Assembly (NCBI GenBank): GCA_963735825.1
Contig: CAVTMR010000020.1
Location: 499,770 to 563,769, forward strand
Origin: Candidatus Acidiferrales bacterium
GTDB taxonomy: Bacteria > Acidobacteriota > Terriglobia > Acidiferrales > UBA7541
Reading direction: 5' to 3'
Length of the DNA: 64,000 bases
Part shown: positions 47,423 to 56,917 of the stretch, piece after piece
Position numbering within the stretch: the stretch's first letter is position 1
Layout of the letters: each line of letters starts with the position of its first letter
Position numbers and translations under genes: made by a program
Notes under the pieces: generated by a model
What the model was told of the DNA's origin: nothing
Database searches by the model: none
Seen by the model: only the letters and a program-made list of their open reading frames with translations

Positions 47423-48541
47423 TTAATACATATCTGAGGGATCGATCTTCTTGCCGGAAAGTCCTAGTTGCAGGACTTCGATGTCTTGAGGTCGGTCAAA
47501 CACTTTTCCGGGGAACAAGCGCTTAATGATGACTCGCAAGCCACCAAACGCAATGCCCACGGCCGTGGCGACTCCCAGAAACAGACCGGTGAACAGAAAA
47601 ATCTTAACCATGATGGCGACGATTGGCGGATCGGTCGCCGTGTGGCTCGATTCGTTCCACGTCACCTGTGTTTCGTAGTTCACTTCATCTCGAATCGCCT
47701 GCGCGTGCAACGGCGAAGTCGGCGCAAACACTAGCGATAGAAGGGAAGTCTTGCGCTCGACCGTCACCCCCGCCTTTCTTGCCGCGTCCGGAAGGGCTTG
47801 CTGCAAGTGACGCAGGTGTTGCTCCGCCAATTGCGGCGTGGGATACTCGAGGAGCAGCAACACGCCGCTGCCGTGCTCACCCTGATACCTCGCCAGAATT
47901 GCTTCGGCCTCGGATTCGAACCCTACTTCTTTCGCCAAATTCGCGAAATCACCCTGTCCCAGGGAGCTCATGGCAGCCCGGAAGCCATTCGGACCGAGCG
48001 CATACTTTTCCGACCCGAACACGCGCCAGTGTTCAGGCAAGTACGACTTCAATTCGGGGAAGGGAGTTTTGTCAGCCCTCGGCCGTAAGGAGGCCAGAAG
48101 ATCAGTAAGCGAAGCCGGTGAGAGATTCGGAAAGGGGCCCAGGCTGATGACCAGATTCCCCAGCAAGACCGCTCCACTGCGAGAATCAAAGGCAGATTCG
48201 TCGCCAATGCCGCCACTCTGCATGCCCTCCGCAGTGGACTGCGTGTAGAACTCGAATGCGCCACTCGGATCCTTAAATGAATAGAGCCCGACCTTCAAGG
48301 CGTCGTTCCCATTCTTGTAGCTGCGCTCTTCAAAGGCGCGTAGGCCGGCTTCCTTCAGATTTGCGCTCTGCTGCTCTCCGAAGCCTTGATACAGCGCCGG
48401 CCCGGACCTAAAGCTTGCTGCACTGGTCGAGATCCAGGGGCCGAATTGGTCAGGCAGCAGGGGAGTAGGCTCTGCCGCGCCAACGGACGCCCAGATACAC
48501 AACAACAAAGCCAAAAGGCAAACCAGCGTTCGAGTTCTCAT
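47423..48541 (-). CDS. hypothetical exported protein with C-terminal TM anchor
   Basis: Signal peptide LLALLLCIWASVGA; C-terminal IVAIMVKIFLFTGLFLGVATAVGIAFGGL. Same strand, upstream of the MFP gene. Confidence 0.7.
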   Translation of the reverse strand: MRTRTLVCLLALLLCIWASVGAAEPTPLLPDQFGPWISTSAASFRSGPALYQGFGEQQSANLKEAGLRAFEERSYKNGNDALKVGLYSFKDPSGAFEFYTQSTAEGMQSGGIGDESAFDSRSGAVLLGNLVISLGPFPNLSPASLTDLLASLRPRADKTPFPELKSYLPEHWRVFGSEKYALGPNGFRAAMSSLGQGDFANLAKEVGFESEAEAILARYQGEHGSGVLLLLEYPTPQLAEQHLRHLQQALPDAARKAGVTVERKTSLLSLVFAPTSPLHAQAIRDEVNYETQVTWNESSHTATDPPIVAIMVKIFLFTGLFLGVATAVGIAFGGLRVIIKRLFPGKVFDRPQDIEVLQLGLSGKKIDPSDMY

Positions 48542-48569
48542 AGCAACCTATTCGTTAGATGCCGGTCGG

Positions 48570-50711
48570 TTACTTCTGGTTCCTGGACTGCTCAACTGCG
48601 GTAGCCGCGGCGGGCCGGTTCGTCTTGCCCGTGGCGTTCAATTCGACGCTGTTCAGGCTCTCCAGGTAGGCAGCCACGCCCTGGTAGACACCCTCGGCGA
48701 TGCGCTGCCGGTGCTCCGGTTTCTTCAGCAACTGCTCATCCGAAGCGTTGCTCAGGAAGGAAATCTCCGTCAGGATCGAAGGCATGTCAGCGCCAATAAG
48801 TACCACAAACGGTGCTTTGCGCACGCCGCGGTTCTTCACCGGCTTGACTGTCTTTTGAATCCTCTTTGAGAGTGAATCCTGGATGTCCGCCGCGAGCTCA
48901 CGGGACTCGTCAATCTTTTCCGTTTGAGCAATTCTCTTCACCACGTCCTGCAGGTCGTGGATGTTTTCCTGAGAGACGGAGTTTTCGCGGGCGGCCACTT
49001 CCATCGCTTCGGCCGATCCCCTTAGGTTCAGGTAATAGGTTTCCACTCCCCGGGCGCCATGATCGGGGCTGGAATTAGCGTGAATCGAGATAAACAAATC
49101 GGCTTTAGCCTCATTCGCGATATGAGTGCGCTCCTCGAGCGGAATGAACGTGTCATCGGTGCGTGTGAAAACGATGTCCGCGCCGGGCAGCTTTTGCTGA
49201 ACAATTTTGCCGAAACGAAGGGCTACGTCCAGACAAAGATCCTTTTCCATTAATCCCGTTGGCCCGATAGTTCCCGTATCGTGGCCGCCATGGCCGGCGT
49301 CAATCACGATGCGCCCGATCTTCAGACCCAGCGCGCGCGTCAGTGTCGATTGCCCATCGCGGGTGGGTTGCGGAGTTGCCGCAGGTTGCACTTGGTCCGG
49401 TTTGCCTGTCGCAGCATTCTTTGTGGACGTGGTCCTCAAGGTTTTTAGCGGGGCAGGAAGTGCCTTGGCAGCAACTGGTGCAGCCGCAGAACCTTCCTCG
49501 CTGGAAACAGCTCCTTTTGCCGACGTGAGGTTCGGTGTCGGCGAACTCGAGGGGATCGCTTCGGCCGATATCGCGGTTGTGGAAGGCGCAGGCCGTTCTA
49601 TTGCCGGTGCCGGATTCTCCGACTTCGTTGACTGGGCCGTCTGCACGCTTGGCGACTTTGACGGGCCGGCGGAATCCCCGTAAAGTTCAATCACCAGGCG
49701 TGAAGGTTTTTGCAACAACGAGGCGGCGTAATCCTTCACGCCGTTCACATCCAGAACCACGCGCACAACGCCGAATTGATTCTGCGCGACGCGCACCTTG
49801 GTCAACAGATCACCGCTGACGTGAACATTTCCTCGCGCTACCGCAGGACTTAGCCGCGCGGATTGCAGGTCGAAGTAAATGCGGTCCGGGTTGGCAATCC
49901 GGCCGGAGACGTACTGCACAGAGTCTTCCAGTTCAAGCACGATCTCGGTGCTGTTGGCCGTAACACTGGTTTTGATTTTCTCGATCCGTGGCGCTTCTAC
50001 CGATTTCGGGCTTTCTCCGCCGTTCTTGGCGACCGTCGCTAAGCGATCGTCCGTCACCGTCACGTCGGATGCCGCAGTAGTCGGAGGAGCCGATGCCTTG
50101 GCCGGCGGCGCAGATGCCTTCGCCGAGAGGTTGCCGTGCTCCGCACTCCTCATCAGCGCGAGTTCCGCCAAGGCTTCTTGCACTTCGCGTTTGTGCGTCG
50201 AACGAGGGAACCGCTTCTGGAAGTCCTCGAAGCTCTTCGTTGCCGCCGCTGAATCGCCCAACTGATCCTTCTGCAAATTCGCCACGTTCAACATCGCATC
50301 CTGCAAGTGTTTGCTGGTCGGATACTCGCGTATCAGGAACACATAGGAATCGACAGCCGTCTGGTAATAGCTGCGGCCGAAGCGATCGCCCATTTCCGTG
50401 TTCAGCTCGCCGACAGCGAACAAAGCATCGGGCACTTCCATGGCATGGGGGGTGATCAGATAGACGCGGCGGTAAGTAGAGACAACCTGTTTGTACTCGG
50501 CCAGGGTTCGTTTCTCAGGCGGCTTCGCGTTGAGCGCAGCGCGAAGTTCCTCGGCTCTTGAAAACTGGGAACTTGCGGCCTCACGTTTCACGCTGCTGTT
50601 CGATGCTGTTTTGCTTGTTCCGAGGCAGGGAATTGAGAACATACCAAGCAAGGCAAAACCAAGCGAAGCGCCAGTGAAACCCTTGTGGAAAAGTTTTCGA
50701 GCAGAGGTCAT
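48570..50711 (-). CDS. amiC: N-acetylmuramoyl-L-alanine amidase (AmiC-type) with N-terminal TPR/YbgF-like and AMIN-like regions
   Basis: C-terminal Amidase_3 (IVIDAGHGGHDTGTIG, FISIHANS). The middle beta-rich region (DRIYFDL..VRVVLDV) is AMIN-like. The N-terminus is TPR-like. Long Ala/Pro/Ser linker. Start moved to MTSARKLF (50711). Confidence 0.9.
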   Translation of the reverse strand: MTSARKLFHKGFTGASLGFALLGMFSIPCLGTSKTASNSSVKREAASSQFSRAEELRAALNAKPPEKRTLAEYKQVVSTYRRVYLITPHAMEVPDALFAVGELNTEMGDRFGRSYYQTAVDSYVFLIREYPTSKHLQDAMLNVANLQKDQLGDSAAATKSFEDFQKRFPRSTHKREVQEALAELALMRSAEHGNLSAKASAPPAKASAPPTTAASDVTVTDDRLATVAKNGGESPKSVEAPRIEKIKTSVTANSTEIVLELEDSVQYVSGRIANPDRIYFDLQSARLSPAVARGNVHVSGDLLTKVRVAQNQFGVVRVVLDVNGVKDYAASLLQKPSRLVIELYGDSAGPSKSPSVQTAQSTKSENPAPAIERPAPSTTAISAEAIPSSSPTPNLTSAKGAVSSEEGSAAAPVAAKALPAPLKTLRTTSTKNAATGKPDQVQPAATPQPTRDGQSTLTRALGLKIGRIVIDAGHGGHDTGTIGPTGLMEKDLCLDVALRFGKIVQQKLPGADIVFTRTDDTFIPLEERTHIANEAKADLFISIHANSSPDHGARGVETYYLNLRGSAEAMEVAARENSVSQENIHDLQDVVKRIAQTEKIDESRELAADIQDSLSKRIQKTVKPVKNRGVRKAPFVVLIGADMPSILTEISFLSNASDEQLLKKPEHRQRIAEGVYQGVAAYLESLNSVELNATGKTNRPAAATAVEQSRNQK

Positions 50712-50751
50712 CCGCGCCCCACACCCATTCACCAGACGCCAGAGCGAGTGG

Positions 50752-51495
50752 TCACTCGTTCGTAAATATGATGCGCCCGCTGGCGTCCACGTTCCGGTGA
50801 ATCGGGTTGGCGCGAACGTAAGCATTATCTAGTCGTCCTGAACCTGGCCGGTAATAGGCGTTCTGTACCTTTTGAACATAATTCCGTGTTTCACGATAAG
50901 ACGGAACACCATGGGCACGATCCACAGCCCCTTCCCCAGCATTGTACGCCGCTAACGCCAGATCTAGGTTGCCATTGTACCGTTCTAGCAACCTTTTCAA
51001 GTATCTTACCCCGGCGTCCACGTTCTCTTTGGGGTTGAATGCATTGTTCGCCCCAAAACGTTGCGCCGTTGTCGGAATCAGTTGCATCAGCCCCATGGCC
51101 CCTTTACGCGAATAGGCCGAAGGGTTCCAGTTCGATTCCGTCTCGATCACGGCACGGACCAGCGCCGGGTCGACATTGTGGCGCTCCGCTGCTTCTCGCA
51201 CCAATTTCTCGGTGCCATCGCGATCGATATTCATTGCCGGTCGATTCTCGCCCATAAACGAGATTTCGCCCGGCAAGTAGATGGCGGTTCGCGGCTTAGC
51301 CGGCAGCAACTTGACCGTCGCGATTGGCTCCGCATTCACGAACATGCGTCGGCCATCCGAGTTGGTCACCGATGCGATCTGTGCCTTGGCAGTTTGTGGA
51401 TTTGCCAGCAAGCCTGCCACAACCACAGAAAACACTACAGCTGCGCGTACAGCCATCTTCGCGGGTTTGCAGTGAACACGCCTTGGGGAAGGCAT
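50752..51495 (-). CDS. lytic transglycosylase (SLT domain)
   Basis: VIETESNWNPSAYSRKGAMGLMQLIPTTA, AYNAGEGAV. Alternative start at 51456. Confidence 0.9.
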   Translation of the reverse strand: MPSPRRVHCKPAKMAVRAAVVFSVVVAGLLANPQTAKAQIASVTNSDGRRMFVNAEPIATVKLLPAKPRTAIYLPGEISFMGENRPAMNIDRDGTEKLVREAAERHNVDPALVRAVIETESNWNPSAYSRKGAMGLMQLIPTTAQRFGANNAFNPKENVDAGVRYLKRLLERYNGNLDLALAAYNAGEGAVDRAHGVPSYRETRNYVQKVQNAYYRPGSGRLDNAYVRANPIHRNVDASGRIIFTNE

Positions 51496-51630
51496 AGATG
51501 TAGCGATCCGTCTGAGTCTGTGGGCGTCTCCAGTTCAGCAAGAGCCCCAGAGGGTTTCTGAGAAGTCATGCCCGCCAGCAAGTGATGCGAAATGCAACAC
51601 TTGCGGATCACGCTTCCGGCGCTCGAGAAA

Positions 51631-54408
51631 TTATAACAGGGGTTCCAATAGACCAGGGACACTCTGCAAGGCACTTTTTAGCGCGGATGTGTCTTTTCCG
51701 CCAGCCTCGGCCAGATCAGGTCTGCCGCCGCCGGAGCCACCGACTCGCTTCGCCAAGGCCTGTATCAGCTTGCCAGCATGGACTTTAGCCGTTAGGTCCT
51801 TGGTGACCCCCGCGATCAGAGCCACTTTTCCGTCTTCCGGCATTCCTAAGGCAACAATCCCAGAGCCGAGCTTCTGCCGCAATGAGTCGACCAGTTGTCG
51901 CAGACCCTCGCGGTCAACATTCGCTACCTCGCCAACGACGACTTTGACCCCTTTTATGGTCTGAGCATGCGAAAATAGGTCGTCAAGCTGATTCAGCGCC
52001 CCTTTGCGCTTTTGCTCGCCCAGTTCCTTTTCGAGCGTCCGGGCCATTTGCGACAATTTTTCAACCGACGCCAGCAGGGTGTCTTCTCCAACATTCAGGC
52101 GGCTCGCCAGTTCACGCAGAGTCTGTGCCTGCTGCTGGTAGTGCTCCAGGGCACCGACTCCGGTGACCGCTTCGATCCGGCGAACTCCTGCCGCGACAGA
52201 TTCTTCGCTTACGATCTTCAGCACCCCGATGTCGCCGATGCGGGCGACATGGGTCCCGCCACAAAGTTCCTTGGAATAGAAACCACGTGGCGCGCGAGGG
52301 TCGCTAATCGTGACGACCCGGACGCTGCTCTCCGGGTATTTGTCGCCAAAGAACGCCAGAGCACCAGAGTTCAGGGCCTCTTCCAGGGACATGATGCCGG
52401 TCTCGATCTGCGTATTCAGGCGGATCTCTTCATTCACTTGCTGCTCAATGTCGTGAAGCTCTTCCGAGCCTACCGGAGCAAAGTGGGAAAAATCGAAGCG
52501 CAACCGTTCGGGAGCATTCAGCGACCCGGCCTGCTTCACATGGTTGCCCAGGATGTTGCGCAGCGCAGCGTGGACCAGGTGCGTTCCGGTGTGGTTGCGC
52601 ATGATGCGCGCGCGGCGGTCAGCGTCGGCGATTACCGTGACGCGGTCACCGACCCTCAACGTTTCCTTGGCTTTTACCTTGTGGGCGATGAGTCCAGCAA
52701 CGGGATAAAACGCCCCCGTCACCTCGGCCAGTTGTAGCAATTCTGAACTGTCGTGGAACGCACCTGTATCCGCCATCTGCCCGCCGGACTCGGCGTAGAT
52801 CACCGTGCGGTCCAGCACAACTTCGCCTGTCTCTCCGGGTTTCAGTTCGCTGACGGGACCATTCTTCGTGTCGGCGCGGTGAGCGCCGCTCGTGAGAATG
52901 ATAGCTTCGATGCGGCAGTCTTTGGCGCGGCTCGCACAATAGAAATCCGGCTCGGTCTTGAATGTTTCCGCCAGCTTGGCAAACGCGGGATTGGCCGATT
53001 CCTTCGATCCACCTTTCCAGGAAGCACGAGCGCGCGTGCGTTGTTCGTGCATGGCTTTTTCAAAGCCCGCCTCGTCAAACTGCACGCCCAAGTCGCGTGC
53101 CGCATCCAGTATGAAGTCCATTGGCAGGCCGTAGGTGTCATATAGCCGAAACGCGCTCACGCCCGCGTATACGGATCCAGGCTTTGCGGCGAGCGGCTTG
53201 AGTTCTTCTTCCAGCTTGCGCAGGCCAATATCGAGCGTGCGGCCGAATCGGATTTCCTCCGCAAGAACAATATCCGGCACACGATTGGCCGCTGGCTCCA
53301 ATAGCTCAGGGTACGCTGCTCCCATCAGCTCGCGAACCGTAATGACTATCTCCTGCAGAAATGGCTTCGTCGCCCCAAGCAGACGTCCGTGGCGAATTGC
53401 GCGGCGCATGATTTTGCGCAAGACGTAGCCGCGGCCTTCATTCGAGGGCCGCACGCCATCGGTAATCAGAAACGCTGTCGCGCGAGCGTGATCCGCGATC
53501 ACACGCAGCGAGGCGGCAGAATGCTTATGCTCTTCGGCAGCGAGCCCTTCAGTTTCGTCGATGCTGGTGAGTCTTGCCGCGCGATCGATCAGCGGCGCGA
53601 AAAGATCGGTCTCATAATTGGAGATAACACCTTGCAGGACTGCGGCGAGGCGTTCAAGCCCCATGCCGGTGTCGACGCAAGGTCTTGGAAGAGGCGTGAG
53701 CGTGCCGCTAGTGTCGCGGTTGAACTGCATGAACACCAGATTCCATAGTTCCACGTAGCGGCCGCAGTCGCAGGGAAATTTGCAGTCCGTGTGGCCCTCG
53801 TCGGAAGCATCCAGCCCCATGTCGTAGTGGATTTCGCTGCACGGTCCGCACGGCCCTGTATCTCCCATGGCCCAAAAATTGTCCTTGAGGCCTGGAATCG
53901 CAAAAATACGCTCCGCCGGAACCTGTTGTCCGAGCCAGAACCCTTGGGCTTCTTCATCGACGCCGAGTTTACTGCCCGCAGCTACCGCGGCGCCGCCAAA
54001 CACCGTGACGTATAGCTTGTCCTTCGGGACACCGAACCATTGCGGTGAGGTGATCAGCTCCCAGGCAAAGGCGATCGCATCCTTCTTGAAATAGTCGCCA
54101 AATGAAAAATTGCCGAGCATCTCAAAAAAGGTATGGTGGCGCTTGGTGAAGCCGACATTTTCCAGGTCGTTGTGCTTGCCCCCAGCGCGCACGCATTTTT
54201 GCGCCGTTGTCGCGCGCGTGTAGTCGCGCTTTTCAAGGCCAAGGAAGACGTCCTTAAACTGGTTCATTCCCGCATTCGTGAAGAGCAGCGTGGGGTCGCC
54301 ATGCGGCACGAGCGAGGAACTGCGCACGCGCCGGTGCCCCTTGCTCTCAAAGAACTCCAGAAATTTCTCGCGTATCTCGTTGCCGGTCACGTCAGCCTCA
54401 TCTCCCAA
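51631..54408 (-). CDS. alaS: alanine--tRNA ligase
   Basis: IREKFLEFFESKGH, FTNAGMNQFKDVFLG, editing-domain HTGTHLVHAAL, C-terminal DHHA1-like GGGRPDLAEAGG. Confidence 0.97.
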   Translation of the reverse strand: MGDEADVTGNEIREKFLEFFESKGHRRVRSSSLVPHGDPTLLFTNAGMNQFKDVFLGLEKRDYTRATTAQKCVRAGGKHNDLENVGFTKRHHTFFEMLGNFSFGDYFKKDAIAFAWELITSPQWFGVPKDKLYVTVFGGAAVAAGSKLGVDEEAQGFWLGQQVPAERIFAIPGLKDNFWAMGDTGPCGPCSEIHYDMGLDASDEGHTDCKFPCDCGRYVELWNLVFMQFNRDTSGTLTPLPRPCVDTGMGLERLAAVLQGVISNYETDLFAPLIDRAARLTSIDETEGLAAEEHKHSAASLRVIADHARATAFLITDGVRPSNEGRGYVLRKIMRRAIRHGRLLGATKPFLQEIVITVRELMGAAYPELLEPAANRVPDIVLAEEIRFGRTLDIGLRKLEEELKPLAAKPGSVYAGVSAFRLYDTYGLPMDFILDAARDLGVQFDEAGFEKAMHEQRTRARASWKGGSKESANPAFAKLAETFKTEPDFYCASRAKDCRIEAIILTSGAHRADTKNGPVSELKPGETGEVVLDRTVIYAESGGQMADTGAFHDSSELLQLAEVTGAFYPVAGLIAHKVKAKETLRVGDRVTVIADADRRARIMRNHTGTHLVHAALRNILGNHVKQAGSLNAPERLRFDFSHFAPVGSEELHDIEQQVNEEIRLNTQIETGIMSLEEALNSGALAFFGDKYPESSVRVVTISDPRAPRGFYSKELCGGTHVARIGDIGVLKIVSEESVAAGVRRIEAVTGVGALEHYQQQAQTLRELASRLNVGEDTLLASVEKLSQMARTLEKELGEQKRKGALNQLDDLFSHAQTIKGVKVVVGEVANVDREGLRQLVDSLRQKLGSGIVALGMPEDGKVALIAGVTKDLTAKVHAGKLIQALAKRVGGSGGGRPDLAEAGGKDTSALKSALQSVPGLLEPLL

Positions 54409-54477
54409 CCAAGTGGTAACACTCGATTATCGCAGAGCCCTTCATCTGGCGCCAATTCTGGTTTGAACTTGTCGATA

Positions 54478-54913
54478 CTACACATCGAGGCGTTTTTCGT
54501 ACGGTACGGACTCGCCGTGCTCGACGTTGCGCCGCAGAACCCGCAGATACATCGCCCAGCAGTAACACGATACCCTCCAGTGTTCATTCGCCTCGGGCCA
54601 CCCATTGTGATAGAGAAAGCACGCGCGTTTTTCCCTCACCCTCCGGCGTAAGCCGGCAGCCCACCTGTGACTTTGCCCAATCCACGTGCGCCTCGGTCAT
54701 CTGAAGTTCGAACTCCGAGCCGGGCACGTAGCGCGTAACCCTGGCTCGCCAGTCATAGCCCGGACCGAAGTAGAGCCGGAACTCAGCGTCGAGTTTGGGT
54801 TCGCCACTCGCTTCCTTGGTCCATTAGCGATTCATTCCCTCTACCGTCGAGAACATTTCAAACACCCTGCCGGGCGAAGCGTTCACAAAGAACGCATGAA
54901 TGATGTCGGGCAT
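54478..54913 (-). pseudogene. SRPBCC/AHSA1-like protein with an in-frame stop and a frameshift
   Basis: My minus-strand translation gives MPDIIHAFFVNASPGRVFEMFSTVEGMNR*WTKEASGEPKLDAEFRLYFGPGYDWRARVTRYVPGSEFELQMTEAHVDWAKSQVGCRLTPEGEGKTR. In another frame it continues CFLYHNGWPEANEHWRVSCYCWAMYLRVLRRNVEHGESVPYEKRLDV. The TAA lies at 54826-54824. Confidence 0.65.
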
Positions 54914-54982
54914 GGGTCCTTCCTTACCCAGACGAAGTTCGTGTGGCGGTTGCTATCATACTGGTGTGAATTCCCGGAGGGA

Positions 54983-55441
54983 ATGATGTTTGAACGACGG
55001 GTGGTCGCTGGCTGGAGCGACATGGATTTCAACAGTCACATGAGGAACACCGCCTATCTCGATAAGTCGGCGGACGTACGCATGATGTACTTCTCCGAAA
55101 ACGGATTTTCCATGCAAGAGTTCATGCGCCTCCGGCTGGGCCCCGTGATCATGCGAGATGAACTGGAGTACTATCGCGAAGTTAGTCTGCTGGAGGAGTT
55201 GCGGGCGACGCTGGAACTGGCAGCGCTGGCCGCAGACGGTTCGCGCTTCGCAATCCAGAACCGCTTCTATCGGCTGGACGGCCAACGCGTGGCGCGCGTG
55301 AAAAGCACCGGCGGTTGGCTCGATCTCACGGCGCGAAGGCTGGTTGCGCCGCCAGAAGGATTACTGACGGCTCTGCAAAGGGCGCCTCGCTCCGAGGAGT
55401 TCACGGAGATTCCCTCAAGCCTGAAATCAGCCAAAGGCTAA
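54983..55441 (+). CDS. hotdog-fold acyl-CoA thioesterase (4HBT/YbgC-like)
   Basis: RBS ggagg. MMFERRVVAGWSDMDFNSHMRNTAYLDKSADVRMMYF..GPVIMRDELEYYREV. The upstream 99 codons of ORF 54686.. are antisense to the SRPBCC pseudogene. Confidence 0.8.
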   Translation: MMFERRVVAGWSDMDFNSHMRNTAYLDKSADVRMMYFSENGFSMQEFMRLRLGPVIMRDELEYYREVSLLEELRATLELAALAADGSRFAIQNRFYRLDGQRVARVKSTGGWLDLTARRLVAPPEGLLTALQRAPRSEEFTEIPSSLKSAKG

Positions 55442-55959
55442 AGCGCATCGTCGGGCGCTTCCACTTCGGGAACGTCCTCATGCGTCACACGGTGTAGTTC
55501 GCGGCGGATGAGGTCGGAGGAGAACCCTGCGCCCAACAAGGAACGATAGAGAGACGCGATCTTCTTCTGGTCAATTTCGCCGCGAAACAGCCGAAGCTTG
55601 CGCTCGATCCGCTGGCGGACCAGAGCGGCCGGATCGGAATTCGTAGCCGATTCCTTCAAAGCCGCTTCGATGTGGCGATCCGGGACGCCGCGTGCGCGCA
55701 GGTCTCGCGCGATACGGTAGGATCCCTGCTTGCGGTATTCCGTGCGGTGGCGAGCGAACTGTTTCGCGTAGCGCGTGTCATCCAGCAGGTTTTCGCGTTT
55801 CAACCGCTCAACTGTTAACTTCACCAGCTTTTCGTCGGCGCACCGCCGGGCCAGGGCCTTCTTCATTTCCGAGATCGAGTGAGCACGGCGCATCAGGATT
55901 TGGATCGCGGCGTCGTGGAGTTGCCCTTCTGTCTCAAGCTGGCGCGGTTTGCCGAACAT
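55438..55959 (-). CDS. recX: RecX-family regulatory protein
   Basis: 173 aa of tandem three-helix repeats (AIQILMRRAHSISEMKKALARR..YAKQFARHR..YRIARDLRARGV..). Stop codon overlaps the thioesterase stop. Confidence 0.8.
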   Translation of the reverse strand: MFGKPRQLETEGQLHDAAIQILMRRAHSISEMKKALARRCADEKLVKLTVERLKRENLLDDTRYAKQFARHRTEYRKQGSYRIARDLRARGVPDRHIEAALKESATNSDPAALVRQRIERKLRLFRGEIDQKKIASLYRSLLGAGFSSDLIRRELHRVTHEDVPEVEAPDDAL

Positions 55960-56200
55960 GAGAGAAGGATAGAGTCTGCCTGGGAAAGAGGCAAGCCGCA
56001 AAGGTGCAGATCGGCAGCCGAATTCGCGAGCGACACAAATCGATCCGACGTTCAAATAACCCTCAAGCCGTGCGCTAGATCACACACCCGAAAGTGGTCT
56101 GAGTTTATCCTGTTCGCCGAGGATTGCGGAAAAGGCTGGACTTCCTTACAGACCAGCTTGGAATCGCAATTGCACTTTCAGCACTGGGAGACACTTCGCC

Positions 56201-56502
56201 GTGCCTTACGTTATTACCGGCACCTGCACCAAAGACGAGCATTGCATCGAGACTTGCCCGGCGAACTGCATTCACCCGACCAAGGACGAGCCAGACTTCG
56301 CGACGGCCGCACAGCTGTATGTGAACCCGACGGAATGTATCGATTGTGTGGTGCGTGCATCCCGGTCTGCCCGACTACCTCGATTTTCAATCTGGAGGAA
56401 TTGCCGGCGGAACTGCAGGAATTTGTTCAAAAGAAAGCCGCTTACTTTAACGAAACGTTGCCTAACCCGCCCGAAAGCTCACCGCCCGCCCAGTCGCGGT
56501 GA
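56201..56502 (+). pseudogene. fdxA: 4Fe-4S dicluster ferredoxin (FdxA-like) interrupted by a 2-nt frameshift
   Basis: MPYVITGTCTKDEHCIETCPANCIHPTKDEPDFATAAQLYVNPTECIDC, then after an extra 'gt' at 56348-56349 the +2 frame continues GACIPVCPTTSIFNLEELPAELQEFVQKKAAYF. Confidence 0.75.
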
Positions 56503-56637
56503 GCTTTCCTTTTTGGAGTGCGGCAGCTCGCCGCCGCTTTTACGCAATGACCCTGCCAAACGACCCAATGGAGTCTGTGCGAAAAGTCCGTAGCCGGGGA
56601 GGGCACGACTTCACCGGCGGAGGAATCACAATTCGTT

Positions 56638-56726
56638 GTCATCCCGAGCCAAGCGCGGGATCTGCTTTTCGCAAAATGCCAAGGAAAAAGAAGATTCCTC
56701 ACTCCGCAGATTCCGTTTGGAATGAC
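56638..56726. repeat. imperfect palindromic REP/MITE-like element
   Basis: gtcatcccgagccaagcgcgggatctgc ... gcagattccgtttggaatgac. The arms are imperfect reverse complements. It resembles the 'gtcattctgagcgaagcgaagaatc' palindromic elements I recall as common in soil-bacterial genomes. Confidence 0.45.
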
Positions 56727-56917
56727 AAAAGAAGAGTCTTTCCGCAGCCTGTTCAGTCGTGCCATATGTGCTTACCCTGCAACCCGGCTTTAGCCGCTGA
56801 GGGCTTCGGTAGCTGGTTTTCACACAGACTCCATGGCGGCGCGCCAGCGCGCAGATCACAAAAGCGGTGCCAAGCCACGGCACTCCTCAATAATCATGTC
56901 TGGGACAAAAATCAGTG

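Noticed and set aside
54686-54982. N-terminal 99-codon extension of the thioesterase ORF.
   Set aside because: It is antisense to the SRPBCC pseudogene and unlike hotdog-fold proteins. An RBS plus ATG at 54983 fits the family length.
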